Shown in pieces: positions 23,133-36,531 of a stretch of 64,000 nt of DNA (position 1 is its first letter; each line of letters opens with the position of its first letter). The translations under genes were made by a program, and so were the position numbers. The notes under the pieces were generated by a model. It ran no database searches and had not been told where the DNA came from. It saw only the letters and a list, made by a program, of their open reading frames with translations. This stretch comes from Dimorphilus gyrociliatus (Eukaryota; Animalia; Annelida). The stretch is taken from contig CAJFCJ010000001.1 of the NCBI GenBank assembly GCA_904063045.1, forward strand, positions 1,178,001 to 1,242,000. The letters are read 5' to 3'.

Positions 23133-26100
23133 TCATTCCACGATATATAAAACAAATTCCATTTCGATGCTTTCGCTTACCACTGAAGCAGCATTGTACA
23201 TTATTTGTACAAGATGCTCGTCCAAACTGGATAATATTGAATCATTTTTTATTAATGATCCGTTACCACCGACTTGAAATCCTACATTTTCAGATGAAAT
23301 ATTCACCCGAACGCCTATTCTTTTAATTTTTTCATCTACAAGCATTTCAGAAAATTTCATCAAAGCCAAAGCTGAACAATGGGCTAGGGCTTCTGCAAGT
23401 TTTGGTAATTCTGAATATTCGCAGGTCTTTCCGATTGGAGTTCCTGCATCGTCGGATTTAAACACATAGACGTTTGTCCATCGAATGGCGAATTTTCCGC
23501 TGGAACTGACTAAATCTTCCAGCTTTTTTATTTGAAGTGATTTTACTCCATCAAGTGCTTTACCATCGACTTCGCTTTCGATTTTTGAGTTTCCTTCGTC
23601 TTGTTCGTGTGACCATGTGACCAAAACTTGATCCTGTATTTAAAAAACTCCTTTAATAAGAACAAACTCACAAAAAGCTAAACAATCTTACCTGTTCAGC
23701 ACAAGACGCTTTAAATGGTCTGGTAGCAACTAAGCTGCTTTTTAACTCTTTAATAGCATCAGCAGTTAATTGAATCATCACTCCGTCTTCCACAATTACG
23801 GATCTTGCTTTGGCAGGACCTTGGGTTTTCAAGCTACCATTGAAAACAACAAAAGTTGCCGCTGTCAATCTTCTAGCTCTCTTCTCAATATTTATGGCTT
23901 GGGTGCTATAAGTTCCTAAATCGACTCCTTCTAGACATTGCATGCACACAAGATGTGAGTCAGCTTCGTTTGAAAAACTAGTTGCCATTGCTACAACATG
24001 TTCTTCACAATCTCTGAGAACTTTCATAACCTGGTTGTAGGACGAAAATGGTAGAATCAACTCGGTCACATGTTCTCGTAGATGTAGCTTAGCTCCAGAT
24101 ATAGTAACTAAAGTATATTGCAAATTGCGAACATCTGCCAATAGTCTTACAATAGAATTTCCCACTTCACCAAATACAGGTGGTCTATCTCTGATGTTGA
24201 CCAATGGGAAAGGATAGTATCTAAATTCAGCCCCTAATCTGAAAAGTAATCTTAAAGGTAACAATTTTGCCCAAACAATCTCCGGCCTCTCAACAAGAAT
24301 TGCGGCCAAATAAGGATGTCTTGGTTCTTTCAATTTACAAAGACACTGTAATGTAGGTTTTACAAATAAGAATCCGGCATGCGATCGAGAATCGAGAAAG
24401 GAAGATGAATTATGTGTCGGAACAACTTGAAGTTCTTCTATATGCTCTCCCGTCAGACTTTTTTCATACAAATGTTCTAAAAATTCGAATATGTCCTTAG
24501 GTGGAAGTTGTTCATTGTCGATCATTTGTATTATGAGTAATACTTCCGGTTGCGCAGCCGATAACATGCCATCAGTTGAAAAAATCCAACACTTTTTACG
24601 CAAGCAGCAGTCTACTACAAAGGACATAAATATCGATTAAAAAAATGTTAAAATTTTAGAATTGAACCTTACGATCAACTAAATCAACTTGAACAATTAA
24701 GTTACTATTAAGTAGGAACTGTAATCCTTCTTCCCCTTTCTCCGAGTACATTCTAGATATTTCCTCTTCATTTAAATCTACACCAACGACAGGTGGTAAA
24801 CAATTCTCTTTAATCAACGATTGACATCTTCCTATTGGTGGAATTCTCATACTAGAATTCGATTTCGAACCGAATAATTTTCTGGGTCCGTTAGAACTTC
24901 TTGCGTGAGGTCTTGGAGGAGGAGTTGCATCTAGATCAGTTAGAGCTCCGCCCGGTTTAATTCCGTCACTAAACATAACCGATTTAGGATTGGACCTCTG
25001 AGAGGTATCTTTACGAATAATTGAATTAGGTGTTGTCGGAGTTGGCGTTAGAAAAGCTTGAGCTCTATTCATATCTTGCATACAAACTGAGCAAACACGA
25101 CAATCACGGTTATTATTTAAAGGCAATTTGGCTCTGAAGCTACAACAGGCTGCAAAAAAATTTTTTGTTAAACTTTTACATCAATTAGAGTAATATCAAT
25201 GTTAGAAATACCTGCACAAAAAACATTACCACAAGCCCTGCAATGGTGACGCCTTTTCGTAAAAGTAAACTTTATTTCACATTGCTTACAGTTTGGCGCG
25301 TCAGCGTCCTTAACCCATTCTGGAGCGATAATGCCTAATTCCGTTAAGGGTATTTCCGTTAATGTTGACGAAGGAATATCTATTTGCGCTTGAGCTCCCT
25401 CAATATTCTCACTTTCTATAACTGGTTCCTCTACGGTTTCCAGCTCAGATGTATTGTCAGTATGGGCTATCGTTGACACTTCTTCATTAGGCACGGAAGT
25501 GACATCCTCTGCAGGTATTTGACTCGAAATTTCTAGTGAAGAGGGTCGAATTGCAGGTAGCCTCTTATCGCCCTCAACAGCAGGAGTTTTCGGAGGTTCA
25601 ATTGGGCCGCAAGATGAAAAACTTAAAAACCTTTCAACACTATCAACGCTTGCATTGCTTTTTGTTTCCTGAATATTCGCCTCAGCTCCAACTTCCTCAT
25701 TGGTGGTTAGACTGATTAATGCATCAATTTTTTGAACAGGTAGAATGCTTGGTCTTTTTGGTTTTTCCATTTGGATTTCATCTGGGGCGAGTATGTCCAA
25801 ATCTAAATTAATAGGAGATGCCTCATCATTCTGATCTTTCTCGATAACTTTCTCTTCAGAATCCATAACAATTGATGGTTTATCGAAGGTTTCGGTTTCC
25901 TCTACTTTTAATAAATTAGGTTGAATGCTATTGAAATCAGGACACTGGAAATCGTCAAATTGATTTGAAGTTACTTCTCTTTTGTTAGTTTGAGTTTGTT
26001 CATTGAAGTTAGTAAAATTGCTATCATTAGTTTCATCGCTATTAAAAGTATATATGAAACTGTAATACTTAAATGTAAACATTTAAAAATGGTGTTTTGC

Positions 26101-26568
26101 TTTTAATAAGTTAAGACGAGACTTTTTAAATAATTGAAATTTGGAATTATTTTATATTATCTATCTTTTAAACGTCGCTTTCATATATACTTTATTTGAG
26201 TATTATTGTCTTTCTCATCGCTCTCCTCTTCAATATGCTTTTTACTTTCAGAAAATGAAGCCGCACTTGGTGGAACTATATCTGGTGGCATTTCAGAAGT
26301 AACAAACTCAGAGTAAAGGGGACCAATTACTCTATCTTCGTCGGGAGTTGCTCTTAATATTTCTGGTTGATTGTTAAGAGCGGCTGCTATGAATGAGTAA
26401 GGAGGCGGTTGAGGACGATTAGGATAAGCTGGTTTTAAAGGAGCCGTCGGTGCTCTAACCACTGAATCTTTAAAAATAATAGTTAAATTACGAAATTTTT
26501 ACCGAAATCTTACCTTCGCTCTCCATATCATCCAAAAGTTGATCTAAATCGACCGTAAAATCATCCAT
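23133..26568 (-). CDS. SARA/endofin-family FYVE protein (ZFYVE9/ZFYVE16-like)
   Basis: N-terminal VDLDQLLDDME, FYVE (WVKDADAPNCKQC...RRHHCRACG...CRVC), KSVMFSDG, and a C-terminal DUF3480-like region ending MEFVLYIVE. Confidence 0.9.
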
Positions 26569-26905
26569 TGTTTAAAAATTCAAGAAATTTGTATAAGATA
26601 TTCAATAAATATTAAGGGAACGATCAAAGGTAATTTCATAGCATTTATTGTCACTTGAGTGAAAGCTTTTTTCAACGATTACTACAGAAAGCAAATGATG
26701 TACCCAAATTTGGCTATTTTTGTTGATGTTTACGTAAACATCAAGAAAGCCGCCATATTTTAACTCGTGATTTCTTTTAAATATTCTCACAATTATGTTA
26801 TAATTATTTCTGATTTTTTTTTATATATAACTATTTGAAAGGTGTATTTTACACGTAAAAAATATTTTTTAAATATATATTTGCTGCGGGATTTCATTAG
26901 GAGTG

Positions 26906-26913
26906 ACTTCCGG
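26906..26913 (-). promoter_or_regulatory. ETS/GABP-type site (CCGGAAGT) between the divergent FYVE gene and UBE2J2
   Basis: Exact CCGGAAGT in the middle of a 586-nt divergent intergenic region. Confidence 0.45.
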
Positions 26914-27154
26914 TCATTCTCATATTTTCGGAATAATATTCGTGAATTACTTTTTTAACCATTCTAGTTTGTCCGTGTGTAGGTATATTATTTTTAAATT
27001 ATTCCTTGTGAATAGAATTTTACTAATAAGAAATTATGGTTGTATACTTTCCAATGTCAGCCAAACTGGTTGATAAGCATATCATAATAAAGCAGGAAAA
27101 AAATGTTTAAATTTTGAATTTTTTCAATAGTCGCCTGAAAAGCTGATCTGCAAA

Positions 27155-28339
27155 ATGACGTCAAAGAGAGTGAATTCGACGGCCACCGCAAGATTGAAGC
27201 AAGATTATATCAGATTGAAGAAAGATCCTGTCCCTTATGTTTCTGCAGAACCTCATGCTTCTAATATACTTGAATGGTATGAAATTGTTCTTAGAGATTT
27301 TATGTTGCTAGAACGTCTCGTTTTTAATTAACTTTGTTTCAAAATAGTCATATATTTATCTATTTACTATTCTTGCGGTTTTTTTCCTTTCGCAATGTTT
27401 AAGCATATGTTGAAATTGTGGAAATGTTGATTTTAGAAAAATATGGTTAAAGTGTACAACTCGTTTATCTTAACAGGCATTATATGGTTAAAGGTCCGGA
27501 AAATTCTCCATACGAAGGTGGATATTATCATGGAAAGTTAATTTTCCCCAGAGAATATCCTTTTAAGCCCCCCAGCATCTACATGATTACTCCCAATGGT
27601 CGTTTTAAATGTAATACCCGATTGTGCTTATCAATTAGTGATTTTCATCCGGATACCTGGAATCCTGCTTGGTCAGTTTCAACCATTTTGACAGGGCTAT
27701 TAAGCTTTATGGTTAGTTGTTTTCGTTTTAATTTTATTTTACATCGCACATATAGAAAGGATTTGATCTCGTAAAAATGTTAAGAAATAATCCAATGTCA
27801 AATTTTGTGTAATCTGAAATCTCTTTTTTAGCTAGAAAATAGTCCAACCTTGGGCAGTATAGAAAAAAGCGATTACGCTGTAAGTATAGTAAATGATAAG
27901 TTCCGCTTTTATTGTTTGAGATAATACTTTCGCTATCTGAAAAATATATATATATTAATAACACGTTTTGCTTTGTTTCTAGAAACGACAATATGCTGCT
28001 CAAAGTGGAGAATTTAATTTAAAGGACAAAACATTTACGGAGCTTTTCCCAGATATAGTTGAAGTACTACTTTAAGTTCAATTAATTCATATTCTATAGG
28101 TTGAATTAATTATTTTTCTATATTTTTTTTTAAAGGAAATTAACCAGGTTCTGAAAAAACGCCAACAGCAACTAGAAGAGAGGACAAAAAAGGATCCAAA
28201 TCGAATGAGTAATATTCAAAGAACAATTGACGATCAAGGCGGTATTATCAATACAGCCCTAACAAACATCGTCGTTATTATTGGATTTGCTGCATTTGCA
28301 CTGACTGTTAAATATGTAGTTAATTCTCTTGTAAATTAA
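27155..28339 (+). CDS. UBE2J2: ER-anchored ubiquitin-conjugating enzyme E2 J2 (Ubc6)
   Basis: [55 protein letters not shown] and a C-terminal TM anchor. Confidence 0.93.
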
Positions 28340-28723
28340 ATGTTTAATCAATAGAATGAAATATTTTGTAAATATTGTAATGTCTAAAAAAAATGGAAAA
28401 AAACTTCAATGTACAATTACTGAAAATCGAGCTTTGATTAAATACAAATTGATTTTTTATATGCTCTCTATATATGAATAGATATATTGTATTAAAATAT
28501 AAGTCTAATACATTAATTACTCGATAATTTACCTCCTCTATTTCTTCTTTAATTTCACATAGATAGCAAAGTAATTAACGCCTTCCATTTCTTTATAGAC
28601 TTATTTGTTAAATAAACAACTTCAAGCCTTTCTCTCTCTCTCTTAGTTATACCGGTTAACACAAATAACAACCGTATTAATATTTGCTTTTCAAACTCTA
28701 ATCAAGTTTTATACAACTGTGAA

Positions 28724-31653
28724 ATGGACGCTTTAAATAATATTTTAAGCGATTTACAATGGGACGAAGGCATCGCAATGCCAGTTTCCAATATTGATAA
28801 TAAACTACTGGAGGATGAAATTCAAAGGAAACAGAAAAAGATAGCCGCATTAAATAGTAAAAAGGAAGAGAATGTCGATAGGATATCAAATCTTCGAGAA
28901 CATATGAAAAATGTGAAACAAGAGTTAAATCATACTCAAAGTTTAGTTAATTTTCAAAGGAAGGCTGTAGAAACAACAGATCATTTGGGAAAGGTAGACA
29001 TTTTTATAGCTAAACCTATAAAATTTTCTTAATTATAAATATTTCAAAAAGAATATTTATCTATCAAATTAAAATTAAAATCGATAAAGTTAGTCATTCT
29101 ATTTACATTTGTATTTTATCCTTTGAAGGTGGCTAATAGAGAAGGTGGACGCATTAAACACGAATTAGCAAGGTTAGGTAAAGACTTGAATGAAGTTAAA
29201 GAAAGATCAAACCGGCTGGAAAATGAAGTATTTCAACGTACAAAGAAACTTGACGATGTCAAAGAATCAGTCAATGTTGATGAAAAGGCTCTGGAAGAAT
29301 GGTTGGAAGAGTCGTCGAAAAGAGATGAGGATGCTATGGCTCTTTTAAAATACAATATTAAGGATGAGGGAAGGATTAAAACTATGAACCTTCAACTTGA
29401 ACGGCTATGCGATATAGCAAAGAAGAAGAAGGAAGAATTGGAAAAAGAGACAACTGAAACCCTTACAACTCAAATTGAACTTGATAAAACTGCTGAGGAG
29501 TTTAGGAAAATTCATTTAGAAAGACAAGATCTTTTATTTCAATGGGAGAAAATAATTAAACAAATGCAAGTAAAAGATGATGAAATAACCCAAATGGCTG
29601 TAAAATTAACACTAGCAAAGCAGGATATACGAACAATAGATGAAGAGATAGCAGAAAAAGAACAATTTTTAAAGGCAGAATCCGATAATAATGATGAAAT
29701 TAGAAAGCAAACAATAGAGAATGAAAGAATTCTTGGAAAATTAAAAATTCAATATCAAGAGGAAGAGTTGGTAAGGGATCAATTCAATTCTGAGCTAGAA
29801 GCTTTACAAAGAACATGCGAAAGAACAGCTTTAGATCTTGAATCTATGAGATGTCAAGTTACTCAACTTAAAAAGGAATCTAATGAGAAGAGTAATCAAT
29901 TACGAGATATACAAGAAAAGAAGAAAGATCTCGTAGAAAAGTTTAAAGTAATTTCTTTTATTTATTATAACCATAGCTTCGTATAATAGACGAAGATCTT
30001 ACATATTCTCTTTAATTTTGTTATTTATGTCTTCCCTATCTTCAGGTGGCTAATGAAATTTCACTAAGTGCTGAAGAAAGAGCTCAAGAAATGGATAAGC
30101 TACTCATAATGGAAGAAAAATTACAGACTAGATTGAGTATTGAATTGGATCGTTTAAGGGAACAAAACTTTCGCAATACTGAAATTTATACCAAGTTGAA
30201 GTCCGAAAAGAAGAATATCGAATCCGAAATTCAAGGAATTTACACCACTATACGTCATTTGAATACAAAGTTAACAAAATTAGATACAGAAGGTTTAAAG
30301 CAACAGGAAATATTGTACAACCAAGACTTCACTATTCAACAATTAGAGAGGAGAATGGGACGAATGCATGGTGAAACTTCAAATGAGGACAAACTAAGAA
30401 TGGAAGAAAAGATAAAAGTTCTATTAGAGGAGCTAAAAGAAAAAGAGAATAAAAAGTCAATTATGATACAGCAACTTAAAAGATCACAGGATGATGTAAG
30501 AAGAATAAAGAGAAATTCCGAAAAGGCTAAATCGGAAATGGATCATTTAGTTTCGAAAATCGAAGAAGTTGATTTACACGCTGAAACGGCTGAGCGAGAA
30601 TTAAAAAAAACAATCAACAAGAAACAAGATTTAATGGTTGAAGAAAACGTTCTGAAAGTTGAACTTAAAAAAGTCCGGAACATTCTAGGAGACAAGGCGG
30701 ATGACGTTGTTAGTTTAAAGAAACGGAAATTACAGCTGGATATTGCTTTAAAAGAGAGATCTCGGGAAATTTCTTTATATAAGGATATGATGATAAATGA
30801 GATGAGATTGGTGGAGGACGAAAGACAGAATGTGAGTTCAGAGCTACACGAGCGAGTAGCTAAAATTGATAAACTGAAAAAAAGATACGAATTACTCATG
30901 GTTACAATGGGTTCACCCGAAGGCGAAGAGGAGCAATCTCAAGCTTTCTACGTAATTAAATCAGCACAGGAAAAAGAAGAGTTACAAAAAGATGGAGATG
31001 AATTGGATGCCAAGATAAGAAAGGCGGAAAAAGAAATGGGCGCTTTAGAAAATACACTAAGAGTTATCAATTCCAGGAATGAAATATATAGAAAAAGCTT
31101 TAACAAAGTTCAAGAAACTTCAGATGAAATGGAAGAAAAACAAGAACTGGAAGAACAGTACAGGGCTGCTCAAGATAAATTCAAATATAAAAAGAGATTA
31201 ATAAGAGAATTAACTCATGATTTAAAATTAATGGGAAATACAATAGAAGAACTGTCGATTGAAGGAAATCACCTTTCAGAAATGTATGAACAGAATAAGA
31301 AGAAAATGTCGCAGCTGAATAAAGAAATATATAATCAAAATGAATCTTTGGATAGAGTCCAACGACAAACTCGAAACTTGAATAAAGTGCTGAAAAAAGG
31401 AGCGAAACGCTCTACAGAAGAAACAGATATTGAACTAAGAGGTGCAAGAGAATTTAATAAAAGTGTTATGAGAGAAATTAACGAAGTTATCACACAATTT
31501 CCGAATATGTCTAATTCTGCACATGCATATTTCCTAAGCGCTAATCTCCCTCCGCCTTCAATGACCTCAACTCCAGCATCATCTGTTAGAGGATCAGTCC
31601 ACTCTTCCGGATCAACGTCCAGTAGTAGATCATCATTAAGTCTACGTTTATGA
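28724..31653 (+). CDS. CCDC39: Coiled-coil domain protein 39 (axonemal 96-nm ruler), 3 exons
   Basis: LSDLQWDEGIAMPVSNIDNKLLE, QIELDKTAEEFRKIH and ELDAKIRKAEKEMGALENTL motifs. Confidence 0.92.
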
Positions 31654-31969
31654 GAATCCTCATAATAACTTAAATTATCCAAAAATTGTTTAAACAACTT
31701 AGATTATCTTATCTAAACAAACAAAATCCATTCTAAATATTATATTGAACGAAAAAAAATGTTAGCTTTATTAAAATAATTTTTTACATAAATTATTCTA
31801 TGTTTTGATATTTGAGAAATAAGAAATAAATTCTATTTTATTCCTAAATGACCTCTATAATTTATAGTATAATAAAATAATAAAAAGTTGAATTTAGTGA
31901 CATCGCTAAAACTTTTTCATTTGCAATCGACAACTGATATCAGAACTTAGCAACACCCAGTTCAAAAAA

Positions 31970-33284
31970 ATGGCGATGTCCATCGGCAAGCAATCCTTGA
32001 AGGTTATTTTGAGATCATGTGAAAAAATAAATGGTTTTCAACCCCTGTTTGCTCCAAAACTTATTAATAATGCAACAAAACGACGTGAACTGTGCCTTGC
32101 CTTTGCGTGTAATAAGTGGCAAAAGCATATACAGCAGGTAAATAGAAAATACTTTTTCGAACATGTGATTTCATCAGATTCAATTTTAATATAGATTACA
32201 AACTTTTAAGTTTTTTTTTTAAATTAAAATTTGTAAGGCGTAACGCAAGTTTCAGTGCTTGTATATACATATATATATATATATATAACAGCATCTTCCA
32301 ACTGAGTATACTCCAGAAGAACTTATCACATGGTCGCGAACAGAGGCTCAAGAGTTATGTACAAAAAGGTTACAAAACGCTTTGGTAGAATCAGGAGGAC
32401 ATCAGAAAACTTTAGAATGTTGTACATATGTTTGTGATGGCTCGGGAAAGTTAATTAGACCCCAGTTAGTTTTATTGACTGCAGGGGCTTGTTTTGAAAA
32501 TTCTCTTCCTTCGTCTGATCAAAAAACGATAGCAATGATAGCAGAAGTGATTCATACAGCTTCCTTGGTTCACGATGACATTGTTGATAATGCAGAATTA
32601 CGAAGAAAAAAGCCATCATCCCACTTAGTCTTTGGTGACACTTTAACAACATTTGTTGCCGACTACATGATTAGTGTATCTTCCCAGTTATTAGCCCGTT
32701 TAAGAAATCCAAGAGTTATAAAACTACTTTCCCAAGCAATGAATGATATCGTTAGAGGAGAGTTAAGTCAACAAAAACAAGGTGCAAATTTAAAAGAACA
32801 ATTTTCATTATATATGGACAAAACCTTTGCGAAAACTGCCAGCTTGACTACAAATGCATGTGCTGCAGTTGCAGTATTAGCAAAATGTAACGATCAATTA
32901 GTAGAGAACGCAAGAAACATAGGAAAACATGTCGGCTTAGCCTATCAATTGGTTGATGATTTGTTGGATCTCGTGAGCACCGAGGAAAAGTTGGGTAAAC
33001 CTGCAGTGGCAGACATGAAATTAGGATTAGCCACTGCTCCCGCTTTACTGGCAGCTAGAGACAGTGCGAAACTACAAGTGATAATTCAAAGAAGATATTC
33101 GCAAGATGGAGACATCGAAAATGCACTAGAATTGATAGAAAAATATGACGGAATTCAAAAGACTAGGGATTTAGCAAAAGAACATACTCTTAAAGCGATT
33201 GAAAATGCTAGGCAACTTCCTAATATCGTGTTCGCTGAAGCTCTTCACTTGTTTATTGAAAGACTACTTGGTAGATACTTCTAG
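31970..33284 (+). CDS. PDSS1: Trans-prenyltransferase, decaprenyl-diphosphate synthase subunit 1-like, 2 exons
   Basis: GKLIRP, EVIHTASLVHDDIVD (FARM), KTASL, AYQLVDDLLD (SARM) and GKPAVADMKLGLATAP. Confidence 0.78.
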
Positions 33285-33541
33285 ATAAAAATTTGATGCT
33301 TGATTTTTTTTAAATTGAAATAAAAAAGTTTTTGAGTAATCATGTGCTATTGGCCTATAAATAATAATATATGACCTGATCGAGGAAATATTCTTTTCTT
33401 TTCCCCATATTGAACACGTGTTGAGCTTTCATAAATTTGATCATTGACTTAATTGTTTAAATCAAACTAATTAACTACACGTAATGAGTTTCATTCAACA
33501 CAATCGAACATCTTATCTGTATTGAAACAACACGGCATTCT

Positions 33542-34296
33542 CTAACGTTTACGGCGCATTTGTTGCAAGTTGCGCCTCTTCCATGAAGCGAATCTAGAAC
33601 CACCAGTAGTTTTGGAGTAACCGTGACCCTTTCCAAGACCTCTGGATGATTTGCCGGCTGAGGTTAATCCTCTCATTTCACGATGTTTCATGACAGGTTT
33701 GCAAATCCAGTTAATCTGTTGAGAAATAAATATATAATATATAATAAAACTTATGTAAACTCGTTTTATATAATGACCTTGGCATCTCTTCTAATAGTTG
33801 TATGGAAGGGATCAACAAGAATAACTTCGAAGTATTTGTAAGTCGAATCTTGACCAACCCAATAGGAGTTCAAGACTCTGAGAGCCTTACAGTGTCGTCC
33901 GACTTTCTCCTCAGCAATTGCTTGGTGTCCGCGTTGATTCTTCAACTGGTTTACACCCTGGTTTGTTGGTTTACCGTAAGTGGCACCTTTACGGGCTTGA
34001 CGTTTCCTTCCACCACGACGTACACGTACACGGTAAATGACGTATCCTGGAAATAAATTTCACATTAAATATTTCTTTATTATTGTTTTGGGGTTGTTTT
34101 AAATTGAAAAAAAGCTAAATAAACCTTGCTTAGACCGATATCCAAGACGTCTAGCCTTGTCCGGTCTAGTTGATCTTGGCGCACGGTGAATTGCGGACAA
34201 TTGTCGGTAATGCCAAGTTCTTATACGGATTAGAAATCTCATAACATCGCATTGCTTCTTTCTGAATAGTTCTTGGATGTATTTATAAGCTCCCAT
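33542..34296 (-). CDS. RPL15: 60S ribosomal protein eL15, 3 exons
   Basis: [42 protein letters not shown] and the remainder of the conserved eL15 sequence. Confidence 0.97.
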
Positions 34297-34350
34297 GATG
34301 TTAATTTAAGTTTTTTGACAGCCAAGAAACACGAGGTTCAATGGCGGACC

Positions 34351-34364
34351 GGAAAAAGAAAGAA
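34351..34364 (-). promoter_or_regulatory. TCT initiator / 5'TOP tract of RPL15
   Basis: TTCTTTCTTTTTCC about 55 nt upstream of the ATG, with an upstream CAGGAAGT (ETS) and a downstream CCGCCATT (YY1-like), typical of ribosomal protein promoters. Confidence 0.7.
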
Positions 34365-34533
34365 CGTTGCCACTTCCTGTCCGCAGTTACGGATTAAACT
34401 TCTAAATAATTTTTTAAAAATGAGGAATAGCATATAATTTTTGTAAATTTTTTAGAGAAAAATTTTTTTGGAAATTATTAAACATTATTTAATAAAGGTC
34501 AAGGTTAAACTTATCTCAGTGAGAGAAACTGAT

Positions 34534-36063
34534 ATGGATTTGACTGTTAAAGATACAGTTTCTTCGGCAATCATCCTCCGTAAAAAAACTCTGAGAGATC
34601 TCAGTCATAAAATATGGTCTAACCCAGAAATCGGTTTTCAAGAGCATTTGGCTCATGATATAATAACGTCGTTCTTATCAAGTGAAAATTTTCAGGTCGA
34701 ACGAGAGTTTGTCCTGAAAACTGGCTTCAGGGCAACTTATAAAAATTCAGAAAGTTCAGCGGATGGGTGTCCAAATATTTGCTTTATTTGTGAATATGAC
34801 GCTGCGTGTGAAATTGGGCACGCTTCGGGTCATAATTTGCTAACAACAGCTAGTTTGGCAGCAGCCATAGGACTAAAAAGTTGTGTTGAAAAGAATTTGA
34901 TTAACGCTGAAGTAATTACAACAACACACATGTTTAATAGCTCAATTAAATTCATCACTTTAAATTAAATTATTCCAGGTGACAGTTATCGGTACGCCTG
35001 CAGAATTGTGCGGTGGAGGTACAAAGATTGATATGATTAAACATGGAGCTTTTAAACAAGTTGACGCAGCTTTGATGTTGTCACCATTCGATAAGAACCT
35101 TGCCAGTCCTCCAGCTTTCTGTTTGCTTTCCGTTACCGGTAAGTTTAGTCAATAGAATTGTGATATACCTTATATTTATTTATTCTGCAATAACGCGTAA
35201 ATCTCTTTTATTTTAATAAAGTTACGTATAAAGGGAAAGCTGCGCATTATTCCGCTTATCCATGGGAAGGAAAAAATGCTCTAGATGCAGCGGTCGCATG
35301 TTATAATAATATAGCACTCTTAAGGCAGGGGTTAAAGCCCAATTGGATGGTTAACGGTTTGTACATAAAGCATTTCTTATCTGTATTAGCTTACCTGTCA
35401 CTTTTCTATCAGGAATTATTACTAACGGTGGAGCAATGCCTAACATTGTTCCAGCAATAACAGAGATGAAATTTTGGCTTCGAGCCCCATCCCACACTGA
35501 TTTAATATTTTTGCAACAGAAATGTGCAGCTTGTTTCGTTGCTGCAGCCAAAGTACGAGTATATTGCTTTTCTTAGGAACAATATGATTTTATTATATGA
35601 CAATTATCTTAGGCAACTGGCTGTGAGGCGCAATTCAATTTTGAAGATAATATCTATTATCCTATGATTCAAAACAAGAGATTGGGCGATTTGTACAAAA
35701 ATTGCGCCAATGAAGTTGGACTAGAAATGGATACTGATGAAAGTGCAACCCATATTGGATCAACTGATATGGGAAATGTTTCTCAGGTTGTTCCATGTCT
35801 TGATTCAGCTTTCAATATTGGAACCTCAGCTGTTGAACTGTCAGAAACTTTCAGAGACGATTGTAATACCGAGAGAGCTCACGGTTTGTTATACTATTTG
35901 TATTTAAAAGTATTATTCGTAACGTATCATTATGTGGATAGAAAACACCCTTCAAGCTGCAACCGCTTTAGCCTATTCAGCTGCTCTTTTGTGCAAAGAT
36001 AAAGAAAAAATGTCCTCAGTTAAAGAAGAATTTGAAAGTCAGAAAACATCTCTTAGAGTGTAA
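34534..36063 (+). CDS. Peptidase M20D / PM20D2-like protein, predicted catalytically inactive
   Basis: IWSNPEIGFQEH, EYDA..GHASGHNL, GTPAEL, YPWEGKNALDAAV and GSTDMGNVS. Six exons splice in frame with no stops. Confidence 0.88.
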
Positions 36064-36531
36064 CTTTAACAAAATTGCATGTATATATCTTTGTCCATAT
36101 TAACAAGTAGATTGATACTATACAAATTTTACATCTTTATTTTATGTGTATGGAATTTGCAGTGTTTTTCTAAACAAAAAAGTCTATTGTGAAATTGACT
36201 TCGCTTAAAATTGAAACAGAACCTGCTTAGTTTCAGTTAAGAGTTGATATTGATCACTTGAGGGAAGGGGAAAGACAACTTAGGAATATCTTATATTTCA
36301 TTACATATTAATATTTAAATCACTTGCTTTTTACTAACAAAGATAGTAAATTCTAGGTTGTTGATTAATAATTACTCTAAAATAACACTATTTTCTATTA
36401 TAATTTAAATAAAAAATGTTTTAACGTTAGCTTTGATTTCAATTGATAAACACACGCTAACATTGATTTGTAATTAAGAAAATTACTGTTTTATTTTTGC
36501 CAATAAATAACATTCCTAACAAATTGAGATT

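Noticed and set aside
27756-27770. 15-nt in-frame AG..GT segment (KGFDL) in UBE2J2 intron 2
   Set aside because: The upstream intron would be 44 nt, below the ~50-nt minimum seen here, and the insertion falls in the conserved UBC core.
30543-31697. Antisense ORFs over CCDC39, and similar shadow ORFs over KATNIP, FBXW8, ST13, SNRNP40 and the EB protein
   Set aside because: These are reverse-frame or alternate-frame shadows of compositionally biased real CDSs, with no motifs or splice support.
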